Shown in pieces: positions 48,131 through 57,119 of a stretch of 64,000 nucleotides of DNA (positions are counted from its first letter, which is position 1; every line of letters starts with the position of its first letter). Both the position numbers and the translations under genes were made by a program. Under the pieces are notes generated by a model that was not told the DNA's origin, did no database searches, and saw only the letters and a program-made list of their open reading frames with translations. Source of the stretch: Nitrospirota bacterium (lineage in GTDB: Bacteria; Nitrospirota; Nitrospiria; Nitrospirales; Nitrospiraceae); contig CAVPBK010000013.1 of assembly GCA_963701855.1 (NCBI GenBank), forward strand, positions 32,001 through 96,000. Direction: 5' to 3'.

Positions 48131-48664
48131 TCATAACTCTTCCGGCCGAACAATTCGTCCAGCCCCAAGTGCGAGCAAGCGTGGTTGCTTTGTGGCCTTG
48201 AGAAAATTGCTATCCGAAGTGACGAAGATGTTATTCTGGTAGTGCAAGTGACACCACATAGATTGCACGTCACAGATTCGATTCAGCCACCTTGCGACTT
48301 CGGGTGAGTTATCCGATTCGGCCGTGATGTCGATTGCCAGCAATTCGCCGAAGAGGATGTCTTCAATCGCCTTGGCTTGCGCGGACATCTGCTCATCGGA
48401 CCATAGCCCGTGATCCCAGAACGTGACATCCCAAATCATCATCGGAGCGAGTCGCGGCAGCGAGTCGATACCGGCCTGCTGTAGGAGCTGCTCGAAGAGG
48501 TCGTAGCGATCGGGCTTGATGCCGCGCTGGCGCATCTCAGACGCGCCGACTTCAACGACGAATGCTTGGTGTGATCCGTCCGCTATGGCCTTGCGCACTC
48601 GCTCGATTCTGGGCGAGCAGTTTGCGAGGTCGATGACGACGTTGTGATCGAGCGTGAGTTTCAT
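48131..48664 (-). CDS. PIN-like domain protein (gene cassette 3)
   Basis: MKLTLDHNVVIDL, ICDVQSMWCH, IFVTSDSNF give the PIN acidic pattern; ATG 3 nt after the GTTATGT core site. Confidence 0.7.
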   Translation of the reverse strand: MKLTLDHNVVIDLANCSPRIERVRKAIADGSHQAFVVEVGASEMRQRGIKPDRYDLFEQLLQQAGIDSLPRLAPMMIWDVTFWDHGLWSDEQMSAQAKAIEDILFGELLAIDITAESDNSPEVARWLNRICDVQSMWCHLHYQNNIFVTSDSNFLKATKQPRLLALGAGRIVRPEEL

Positions 48665-48667
48665 GAC

Positions 48668-48755
48668 ACATAACGGCCTGTGTGAGCTGCAGCGATCGCA
48701 TCTCTTCCAATCAAACGACACCCGCGGCCCCTGCCAGCTCCAATCACTTTTAGGG
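48668..48755 (-). other. Integron attC site (cassette 2), R'' degenerate
   Basis: Minus strand: CCCTAAA overlapping the stop, GGAGCTG / CAGCTCA, ends GTTATGT; 88 bp. Confidence 0.7.
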
Positions 48756-49490
48756 TGCCACCTCAGGTAGAGCGGCATCCATTACGATCAGCTGTCGGTC
48801 CTCGCGGAACTCTCTGAAGATCAGGAGCCGTCGTGCCGGTTCGCATGGATCGTTTCCTGAGAACGGCACCATTTTCGTTCGTGCCATGTGAGCACTTGCC
48901 TCTGTGAGCATCAATCGTTCGACATCGCCAGTCGGAAAGTCTTGCCAGATAAGCCAGAACTTCTCTCCATTCGGCAGGAGCTTCGATCCAACCAAGTGCG
49001 TCTGATGGGGCCATCCAGGCCAGTCTGCATCTTGGACCTCCTGACCAGAAAAGAGGCACGAGACGATGACCGATCGTCCAGATGCCGGTGGAACGACCCA
49101 AGTAATGTCGTTTCGGGAGCCTGAGAGGGAACTTTTGGGAAAAGGCTTGAGCTCACTTGCGGGAATCACGAACTGGAGTGGCGTGATGACGCAAGAGCCG
49201 ACGTGAGTGGCGCGTGTCCATCTGCTCTGATGTCGCGAACCTCCCATAGCGTTTACCGCATCCGATTCTTTTCTGGCGAACTGCTCAGTCAGACCAGCAA
49301 GGCATTCCCCTGACGCATGCAAACTGATCTTGCACCCTCCAGCGATTCCACGCATTGCGGCGTATATGTCGCTCTTTCCGGCAGGGCTCCAGACGCGCAA
49401 AGTTCCTGAGGTGGGCAGCCCCTCCTGCCCAACAACCAGTCGAGCCACGAACTCATCTTGAGGTACGGACGCCTGTGTCACGAGTGTCAC
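48750..49490 (-). CDS. Hypothetical protein (gene cassette 2)
   Basis: ORF of about 245 aa filling the space between two attC sites; GTG start at 49490 or 49481. Confidence 0.7.
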   Translation of the reverse strand: MTLVTQASVPQDEFVARLVVGQEGLPTSGTLRVWSPAGKSDIYAAMRGIAGGCKISLHASGECLAGLTEQFARKESDAVNAMGGSRHQSRWTRATHVGSCVITPLQFVIPASELKPFPKSSLSGSRNDITWVVPPASGRSVIVSCLFSGQEVQDADWPGWPHQTHLVGSKLLPNGEKFWLIWQDFPTGDVERLMLTEASAHMARTKMVPFSGNDPCEPARRLLIFREFREDRQLIVMDAALPEVAP

Positions 49491-49557
49491 CCTAACGTCT
49501 GAATTCACCGGCCTGTGCGGATTTTTTGCCCAGGTCTGGTGGAATGATGGGTTAGCT
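49490..49557 (-). other. Integron attC site (cassette 1)
   Basis: Minus strand AGCTAAC-CCATCA-TTCCACCAGACCTG...CAGGCCGGTGAA-TTCAGAC-GTTAGGG; 68 bp with canonical layout. Confidence 0.9.
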
Positions 49558-50026
49558 CATAGACATGCTGCCGCGCTGGCATCGCCTTGGTAGTTGAAAC
49601 CCATGATCGTTTCATCGATGGAGGGAGCGCCGATTGGCCGAACTAGTTCCATTTCTGGTCCAAAACATTCGAAATAGTGCCAATTAAGCTTTGGTGACCA
49701 GTACTCGGAAAGCAACGCCGAGATGTCTTCAGAATTTTCCAGTCGTCGTTGAATTGCATGGACGATTGCCATCGGAGCTCTATGGAAATTTTCCATTTCA
49801 ACTTCATACAGCCTAATTCCGTCTCTGGGCCACTGCTGTTTCATTGCGAATAATATGCAAATGCGAGATCGTCCGTCGCGCAAAGGCAGATTCCGCGCGA
49901 TGGCAGACCAGATGGTCTGGCTTGATCAAGTGCCGGTACTGCAAGTGGATAAAAAACGGACTGCGAGGTTGCAGTTATTTTCTGCCCTTGTGAATAGTTG
50001 TTTTGGAAAGCGTGGAAGAGGCGCAC
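49557..50026 (-). pseudogene. Gene cassette 1, one ORF split by a single missing base near 49850; possibly DUF2441/ART-like
   Basis: ORFs 49841-50026 and 49557-49883 join as AFAYY-F-AMKQQW if one T is added; lower GC than the flanks. Confidence 0.6.
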
Positions 50027-50134
50027 TGAATACCAATCCTGCGAGCTAACTATTAAGTGAGCAGCGGCAGGGACATGGCTACAGGCAGCCTATTCCTGAC
50101 CGCGCCAGAACTCTGGTGACTGAAAAGCTGAAAG

Positions 50135-50163
50135 ATCATCCGCATTTCGAGGATCTGTGTCAA
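50135..50163 (-). promoter_or_regulatory. Putative Pc-like promoter facing the cassette array
   Basis: TTGACA-17 nt-GATGAT on the minus strand, about 85 nt before the first core site GTTAGCT (50050). Confidence 0.5.
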
Positions 50164-50421
50164 TAACCGCCCACAAGAATACACTGCCATTCGCGCGGCC
50201 TATCTCCCTATTGGCCCGCAGCCTATTTCTGCCTGCCGGGCGGGGACACACAGTTTGCCCACCCTAACCAGTCTGCGGAGGCACGCACCACGTCCTCCTC
50301 GATTCAGAATATGCATGTAGAGATTCGAATGGCATCTGGAACTGTTTCAGACGCCAATAGGCGTGCTAGGGCTCTGAGCTTTGCCGAAGGAGCGAGAACC
50401 CGCCAAAACTCAGCCGAGAAA

Positions 50422-50494
50422 GGAAGCAGGAACTGACTGAAGTACTGCGATCTCAAGATCGCAGCCGAAGGAATTCCAGAAGGCTTCCGCTCGG
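50422..50494 (-). repeat. Right copy of the inverted repeat flanking the cassette array
   Basis: Reverse complement of 47633-47706 with scattered mismatches. Confidence 0.8.
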
Positions 50495-50592
50495 ATGAGT
50501 CCGAAGGTCGCTCCGAGAGGCGAGGAAGCGATGAGCCTTGGCACACGTCACTAGGTCTTTGTCGGAGAACCAAAGTGCCTGAATCGTAAAGC

Positions 50593-50841
50593 TCAAGAGC
50601 TTGGATGGCTTGTTAGGGATTTTCGATTGGGGAATTTGGAAGAAGTTAGTTCTCTGAGGCGTTGCCATCTGCGCGCAACTTCTTCAACGCCTCTCCTCCT
50701 CGCTTTAAGGTACCGTTTCAAAGAACCATCTTCTATTGCTTTCCGGTAGAGCTCATCCATCATATTGAACTTTTCCTCTATCGACATTCTGCAAAAATCT
50801 TTCTTGCTGTAATTCGATGAAGTGCCAGTCTTTGTTTTCAT
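50593..50841 (-). CDS. Small hypothetical protein coupled to gltD
   Basis: ATGA overlap with the gltD stop; AT-rich; helical MSIEEKFNMMDELY. Confidence 0.5.
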   Translation of the reverse strand: MKTKTGTSSNYSKKDFCRMSIEEKFNMMDELYRKAIEDGSLKRYLKARRRGVEEVARRWQRLRELTSSKFPNRKSLTSHPSS

Positions 50842-52274
50842 TTCATTGACGCCTTCGCAGACTTTCCCGCGTGCAGATACTTATCAACCCCCGCCGCCAT
50901 CTTTCTTCCTTCGGCAATCGCCCAGACGATGAGCGACGCGCCGCGCTTGGTGTCGCCGCCGGCAAAGACGCCGTCGAGGTTGGTCATGAAGTGTTCGTTC
51001 ACTGACACCGCGCCACGTTGATCGTACTTCACGCCGAGGCTGTCCAGGAGACCATTCTTCACGGGGCCGGTGAAGCCCATTGCGAGCAACACGAGATCCG
51101 CATCCATGTCGAAGTCGCTGCTGGGAATCGGCGCGAACTTGCCGTTCTCGAACTTCACCCTGTTGCCGTGAAGCTTCGTGACCTGGCCATTGTGGCCGGT
51201 GAACTTCGTGGTCGAAATACTCCACTGTCGATCGCAGCCCTCTTCGTGCGCGTGCGAGGTGCGGAGCTGCATGGGCCAGAGCGGCCAGGGGGTTGAATCA
51301 GCGCGGGTCGCTGGCGGCTCCGGGAGTAATTCAAACTGATGCGCTTCGATACAGCCCTGCCGATGCGCAGTGCCGAGACAATCTGAGCCTGTGTCGCCGC
51401 CGCCGATGATGATGACACGCTTGCCCTTGGCCGTAATCGGCTCGTCCGTAACGGAAATTCCGGCGGTGCGCTTATTCTGTTGGGTCAGGTATTCCATCGC
51501 CAGATGCACGCCTTTGAGTTCACGGCCAGGAATCGGCAGCTCACGGGCCTGCTCCGCGCCCATGGTGAGGCCGACGGCATCGAACTGCGCTCGCAGTTGT
51601 TCGCCCGAAATGTCTTTCCCAATCGTCACACCGGTCTTGAACTCGACGCCCTCGGCTTTCATCTGCTCCAGCCGGCGGTCGATGACCCACTTTTCCATTT
51701 TGAAATCGGGGATGCCGTAGCGCAGCAGGCCGCCGATGCGATCGGACTTCTCAAAGAGAGTGACGCGATGCCCCGCGCGCGCCAATTGTTGCGCCGCCGC
51801 CATACCCGCCGGACCAGACCCGACAATGGCGACCGTCTTCCCTGTGTTGATGACGGGCAGCATCGGTTCGACATATCCCTCGTTGAAGCCACGATCGACG
51901 ACATTCCACTCGATGATGCGGATGGACACAGGGTCTTCGTTGATGCCGAGCACGCAAGCCCCTTCACAGGGCGCCGGGCAAAGCCGTCCGGTAAACTCAG
52001 GGAAATTATTCGTAGTGTGGAGCGCCTTGAGCGCGTCTTTCCAACGGCCACGATAGACGAGGTCGTTCCAGTCGGGAATCAAGTTGACAACTGGACAGCC
52101 GGTGTTACCCTGGCAAAACGGCACACCGCAGTCCATGCAGCGGGCACCCTGCGCCTTGAGCTTGTCTTCGGAGATGGGCTCATACATCTCCTTCCAATCG
52201 AGCACGCGCAGCTCAACCGGTTTCCGCTTAGGGCCCTCACGGGCGTATTTCATGAACCCTTTGATATCACCCAT
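50838..52274 (-). CDS. gltD: Glutamate synthase small subunit
   Basis: RCMDCGVPFC, GCPVVNLIP, NNFPEFTGRLCPAPCE, GSGPAG, GGGDTGSDC. Confidence 0.97.
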   Translation of the reverse strand: MGDIKGFMKYAREGPKRKPVELRVLDWKEMYEPISEDKLKAQGARCMDCGVPFCQGNTGCPVVNLIPDWNDLVYRGRWKDALKALHTTNNFPEFTGRLCPAPCEGACVLGINEDPVSIRIIEWNVVDRGFNEGYVEPMLPVINTGKTVAIVGSGPAGMAAAQQLARAGHRVTLFEKSDRIGGLLRYGIPDFKMEKWVIDRRLEQMKAEGVEFKTGVTIGKDISGEQLRAQFDAVGLTMGAEQARELPIPGRELKGVHLAMEYLTQQNKRTAGISVTDEPITAKGKRVIIIGGGDTGSDCLGTAHRQGCIEAHQFELLPEPPATRADSTPWPLWPMQLRTSHAHEEGCDRQWSISTTKFTGHNGQVTKLHGNRVKFENGKFAPIPSSDFDMDADLVLLAMGFTGPVKNGLLDSLGVKYDQRGAVSVNEHFMTNLDGVFAGGDTKRGASLIVWAIAEGRKMAAGVDKYLHAGKSAKASMK

Positions 52275-52287
52275 TCTTCTTCCATTC

Positions 52288-52354
52288 AGGATGAGGATGA
52301 GGCTAAGGTCCAGGCTGAGAGATACGCTTCTTACTCGACCTCAGCCTTGACCTC
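52288..52354. repeat. 6-bp-periodic hairpin (family C) in the gltB-gltD spacer
   Basis: Shares TCGACCTCAGCCTTGACCT (52335-52353) exactly with 44037-44055. Confidence 0.7.
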
Positions 52355-52357
52355 GCT

Positions 52358-55300
52358 TTATTTCGCTGCGGCTGCTTTCTTCTTTCTCTCTTCCAAGACG
52401 CGCTTATAGTCCACCGGCATCACCTTCTCGAACTTCGGCAGCATTGATTCCCAGCTGTCGAGGATGCGCTTCGCGTTTCGGCTTCCGGTATGCATGAAGT
52501 GCGAGGTGATCATCTCATGCAGCGTCTTCTTGTCCTCCGCCGTCTTCACCTTTTCCAACTCCACCATGCCGAAGTTGCAGCGCGATGAGAACTTGTCTGA
52601 TTCGTTCAATACAAACGCCACGCCGCCCGACATACCGGCTGCAAAGTTTCGTCCTGTTTGACCCAATACGACGACCACCCCGCCGGTCATGTACTCGCAA
52701 CCGTGATCGCCGGTCCCTTCGACGACCGCTCTGACACCGCTGTTCCGCACGGCAAACCGCTCGCCCGCCATGCCGTAGCAATAGGCTTCCCCTTGCGTCC
52801 CGCCATAGAGCGAGGTATTGCCGATGAGAATCGTTTCTTCCGGCACATAGAGCGCCTGCTTCGGCGGGAATACAATAATCTTCCCGCCGGATAGTCCCTT
52901 GCCCAGATAGTCATTGGATTCGCCTTCGAGAATGAGCGTGATGCCACGGGACAGAAATGCGCCGAACGACTGTCCGGCAGAACCGGAGAACTTGATGGTG
53001 ATGGTGTCTTCAGGCAACCCCTCAAGCCCATACTGTTTTGCCACGCGACTGGAGAGCATCGTCCCGACCGTGCGGTTCACATTTCTGATCGGCAGATCGA
53101 GCATAATTTTTTGCATCTTCTCCAATGCCGGCTTGCACAATTCAATCAGCTTGTTATCGAGCACGTCCGCGAGACCATGGTCCTGCTTCTGCACGCAGTA
53201 GCGGGGGATCTCCGGCCCCACGTCCAGGGCGTGTAAGAGAGGGGTCAGATCCAGTCCCCTGGCCTTCCAATGATCGACGGCCTTGTGGACTTTCAACTTA
53301 TCCACCCGCCCGACCATCTCATTGACTGTCCGGAAGCCAAGTTTGGCCATGATCTGGCGTAATTCTTCCGCGACGAAGAAAAAGAAATTCACGATATGTT
53401 CCGGTTGCCCGGCAAATTTCTTCCGCAAGGCCGGGTCCTGAGTCGCAATGCCGACGGGGCAGGTATTGAGGTGGCATTTCCGCATCATGATGCAGCCCTC
53501 GACAATCAAGGGCGCGGTGGCAAATCCGAACTCCTCCGCACCCAACAGAGTGGCGATCGCCACGTCGCGCCCGGTTTTCATCTGCCCGTCGGTCTCCACC
53601 CGGATACGACCACGCAGATCGTTCAGCACCAACGTTTGATGCGTCTCGGCCAAACCCAACTCCCACGGAACTCCTGCATACTTGATAGACGAGAGCGGAG
53701 AAGCGCCGGTACCGCCTGAATCGCCGCTGATGAGCACCTTATCCGCATGAGCTTTGGCTACCCCGGCTGCAATCGTGCCGACTCCCACTTCCGACACGAG
53801 CTTGACCGATACCGCCGCGTCCGGATTGGAATTCTTCAAATCGAAAATGAGCTGCGCCAGATCTTCGATGGAATAGATGTCGTGGTGCGGAGGCGGCGAA
53901 ATGAGCTGCACGCCGGGCGTCGCATAACGAAATCGCGCAATGTTTTCATCGACCTTGTGGCCTGGCAACTGACCACCTTCGCCCGGTTTGGCGCCCTGCG
54001 CCATCTTGATCTGCAGTTCTTTCGCATTCACCAAGTAATGGCTCGTGACACCGAACCGCGCCGAGGCGACCTGCTTGATGTAGCTGTTCTTCGAATCGCC
54101 GTTCGGTAGCGGAACGAATCGAGCCGGGTCTTCTCCACCCTCGCCGGTGTTGCTTTTGGCACCCAGGCGGTTCATCGCGATCGCCATGGTCTCATGCGCT
54201 TCCTTGCTGATTGAACCGAAGGACATGGCACCCGTCGTAAACCGCTTGACGATTTCCTTGGCCGATTCCACTTCCTCGACCGGAATCGGTTCAGGCAGGA
54301 ACTTGAACTCGAGGAGCCCTCGCAGGTTTGAGCGCCGCTTGCTCTCGTCGTTCACGAGCTGGGAAAACTCGGCAAAGGTCTTGGGATCGTTGGCCTTCGT
54401 CGCGTGCTGCAGCTTTGAAATCGTGTCCGGATTCCAATTGTGGTGCTCGCCCTGGATGCGGTAATGGATCTCCCCGCCGAAATCGAGTTGTCGTATCGGC
54501 GTCGGCTCATAGGCCAGGTGGTGGCGCCGGAGCGTCTCTTCGCCGACCTCACGGATGCCGATCCCCTCCACGCGCGACGGCGTGCCGGTGAAGTATCGGC
54601 CGATGAGTTCACGATTCAATCCGATGGCCTCAAAGATCTGCGCGCCGCAGTAGGATTGCACCGTCGAGATGCCCATCTTCGAGAAGATCTTGAGCAGTCC
54701 CTTATTGATCGCCTTGATGTACTTGCCTTCTGCGGTCTGCGCGTCCAACCCCTCGGGGAAGTAGCTCTCGCGATCCAGATCCACGATCGACTCAAATGCG
54801 AGGTACGGATTCACAGCCCCGGCTCCATAGCCGATCAAACAGGCGAAGTGATGCACATCGCGTGGCTCGCCGCTCTCCACGATGAGGCCGACTTCGGTTC
54901 TCGTGCAGTCGCGCACCAGATGATGATGAACGGACGCGATGCCGAGAAGACTCGGAATCGGCGCCCATTCTTCGTTCATCCCTCGATCGCTCAAGATCAG
55001 AAACTTGTAGCCATCTTTGATCGCCTGGGAAGCCTGCCGACAGAGATCGTCCACTGCTGCCCCAAGTCCCTCCGGCCCTTCGGCCACACGGAACAGCATC
55101 TTGAGCGTCTTGCTCATAAAATGCGGATCAGCAAGTTCACGAATCTTCTGGAGTTCGGCATTCGTCAGAATCGGCTGCTTGACCCGAATGCGACGGCAGG
55201 CCTCCGGATGCTCATCCATCAGATTCGGCTTGGGCCCGATACTGGTCGTCAGCGACATCACCAGCTCTTCGCGGATCGGATCGATCGGCGGATTGGTCAC

Positions 55301-56875
55301 CTGGGCGAACAGCTGCTTGAAATACTTGAAGAGTAGTTGCGGCCGATCGGACAACACCGCCAACGGCGTATCTGTACCCATCGAAGACGTCGTTTCCTGC
55401 CCCTCTACCACCATGGGCGTGATGACCATCTTTAACTCTTCGATGGTGTAGCTGAAAGCCAGCTGGCGCTGGCGAAGCGTCAAGTGGTCCGGCTGCGGCA
55501 CATTGCTCGGATCGGGCAACTCGTCGAGCGAAATCCGATATTGCGTGACCCAGGACCGGTAGGGCTTGCGGCTCACGATCTCGGCTTTCACTTCCTCGTC
55601 ATCGATAATGCGCCCTTGCACGGTATCGACCATGAACATCCGGCCCGGCATGAGGCGCCCCTTCTGCCTGATCTTCCGAACATCCATCGGCAGCACACCG
55701 GCTTCCGAGGCCAAAATCACCAGGCCGTCCGTCGTCACTTGATAGCGGCAGGGGCGCAGCCCGTTGCGATCGAGCGTCGCGCCGATGAACTTGCCGTCGG
55801 TGAAACAGACCGCCGCCGGACCGTCCCAGGGCTCCTGCATCGCCGCGTGATACTCATAGAACCCCCGCCGGTCGAGATCCATTTGAGGATTCGCGACCCA
55901 GGGTTCGGGAATCAGCATCATCATCGCGTGCGGGAGAGAGCGGCCTCCCATGGTCAGGAATTCCACGGCATTGTCCAGACAAGCGGAGTCGCTCTGCTTC
56001 TCGGAGACAATCGGATAAAGCTTAGCCAGATCCTGGCCGAATAGTTCGGAGTTGAGCCGCCCTTGCCTGGCGCGCATCCAATTCACATTGCCCTTGAGCG
56101 TATTGATCTCGCCGTTATGGCAAATGTAGCGATAAGGATGCGCCAACGGCCACGTGGGGAACGTGTTCGTGCTGAAGCGGGAGTGCACAAGGGCGAGCGC
56201 GCTCATCAAGCGCTCATCCTTCAGGTCCTGGTAGTAGTCTGACATCTGCTCCGGAAGTAACAGCCCCTTGTACACAATCGTATTCGCCGACAGGCTTGAG
56301 ATGTAGAAGTAGTCACGCCCCTGAATCGCCGATTCGCGGATGGCCGTTTCCACACGCTTGCGAATAACATAGAGCTTGCGTTCAAACTGCCCTTCATTGA
56401 GGACATCGCGGGCAATGAACACCTGCCGCATAAACGGCTCGGTACTGCGCGCCACAGCGCCGATCGCATCGCTCTTGACCGGCACATCGCGCCAGCCAAG
56501 AAGCCGAGCGCCCTCTTCGCCGATCATTCGGGAAAAGAGCGCCTCACACTGTTGCCGGGCATCGACTTCGCGCGGGAGAAATACCATCCCGACGCCATAC
56601 TCTCCGGCATTGGGCAGAGCGACTCTCGCATCGCCGGCCGCACGCTTGAGAAATTCGTGCGGGATTTGAAGCAGAATCCCGGCGCCGTCCCCCGTGCAAG
56701 GGTCACAGCCCTGCGCCCCCCGATGACTCAGACTCTCAAGAATCTGAAGTCCCTGCTGAACAATGGAATGAGACTTCTCGCCCTTGATATTGACGATAAA
56801 GCCTATGCCACAGGAGTCTTTCTCCTGCTCAGGGTCGTACAGGCCTTGTTTCGGCGGAAGACCGGGAATGCTCAT
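52358..56875 (-). CDS. gltB: Glutamate synthase large subunit
   Basis: DSCGIGF, HSRFSTNT, HNGEINT, QGAKPGEGGQLPG, CHLNTCPVG, GCEYMTGG. Confidence 0.98.
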   Translation of the reverse strand: MSIPGLPPKQGLYDPEQEKDSCGIGFIVNIKGEKSHSIVQQGLQILESLSHRGAQGCDPCTGDGAGILLQIPHEFLKRAAGDARVALPNAGEYGVGMVFLPREVDARQQCEALFSRMIGEEGARLLGWRDVPVKSDAIGAVARSTEPFMRQVFIARDVLNEGQFERKLYVIRKRVETAIRESAIQGRDYFYISSLSANTIVYKGLLLPEQMSDYYQDLKDERLMSALALVHSRFSTNTFPTWPLAHPYRYICHNGEINTLKGNVNWMRARQGRLNSELFGQDLAKLYPIVSEKQSDSACLDNAVEFLTMGGRSLPHAMMMLIPEPWVANPQMDLDRRGFYEYHAAMQEPWDGPAAVCFTDGKFIGATLDRNGLRPCRYQVTTDGLVILASEAGVLPMDVRKIRQKGRLMPGRMFMVDTVQGRIIDDEEVKAEIVSRKPYRSWVTQYRISLDELPDPSNVPQPDHLTLRQRQLAFSYTIEELKMVITPMVVEGQETTSSMGTDTPLAVLSDRPQLLFKYFKQLFAQVTNPPIDPIREELVMSLTTSIGPKPNLMDEHPEACRRIRVKQPILTNAELQKIRELADPHFMSKTLKMLFRVAEGPEGLGAAVDDLCRQASQAIKDGYKFLILSDRGMNEEWAPIPSLLGIASVHHHLVRDCTRTEVGLIVESGEPRDVHHFACLIGYGAGAVNPYLAFESIVDLDRESYFPEGLDAQTAEGKYIKAINKGLLKIFSKMGISTVQSYCGAQIFEAIGLNRELIGRYFTGTPSRVEGIGIREVGEETLRRHHLAYEPTPIRQLDFGGEIHYRIQGEHHNWNPDTISKLQHATKANDPKTFAEFSQLVNDESKRRSNLRGLLEFKFLPEPIPVEEVESAKEIVKRFTTGAMSFGSISKEAHETMAIAMNRLGAKSNTGEGGEDPARFVPLPNGDSKNSYIKQVASARFGVTSHYLVNAKELQIKMAQGAKPGEGGQLPGHKVDENIARFRYATPGVQLISPPPHHDIYSIEDLAQLIFDLKNSNPDAAVSVKLVSEVGVGTIAAGVAKAHADKVLISGDSGGTGASPLSSIKYAGVPWELGLAETHQTLVLNDLRGRIRVETDGQMKTGRDVAIATLLGAEEFGFATAPLIVEGCIMMRKCHLNTCPVGIATQDPALRKKFAGQPEHIVNFFFFVAEELRQIMAKLGFRTVNEMVGRVDKLKVHKAVDHWKARGLDLTPLLHALDVGPEIPRYCVQKQDHGLADVLDNKLIELCKPALEKMQKIMLDLPIRNVNRTVGTMLSSRVAKQYGLEGLPEDTITIKFSGSAGQSFGAFLSRGITLILEGESNDYLGKGLSGGKIIVFPPKQALYVPEETILIGNTSLYGGTQGEAYCYGMAGERFAVRNSGVRAVVEGTGDHGCEYMTGGVVVVLGQTGRNFAAGMSGGVAFVLNESDKFSSRCNFGMVELEKVKTAEDKKTLHEMITSHFMHTGSRNAKRILDSWESMLPKFEKVMPVDYKRVLEERKKKAAAAK

Positions 56876-57119
56876 CGTTCGTATCTCGTTAAAAATGTAG
56901 GCGTGTATGCTACTGAACTGAGGCTATACCAGGGAAGCAATCGGGATGGCTAACCCCGTCACTCACAAGGCAAATTCCGTTCATTTTCGTCCCGTTCACC
57001 TTAATAGAAGCACGATTCTCCTGTCAAGATTACCTCTGGCACAACAGGCCCGTGTCGGCCGCCCCTCAAAGGGGTCACCAGCTTGACTTTGTTTCCTTCT
57101 CTGCCCTACCATCCGCCCC

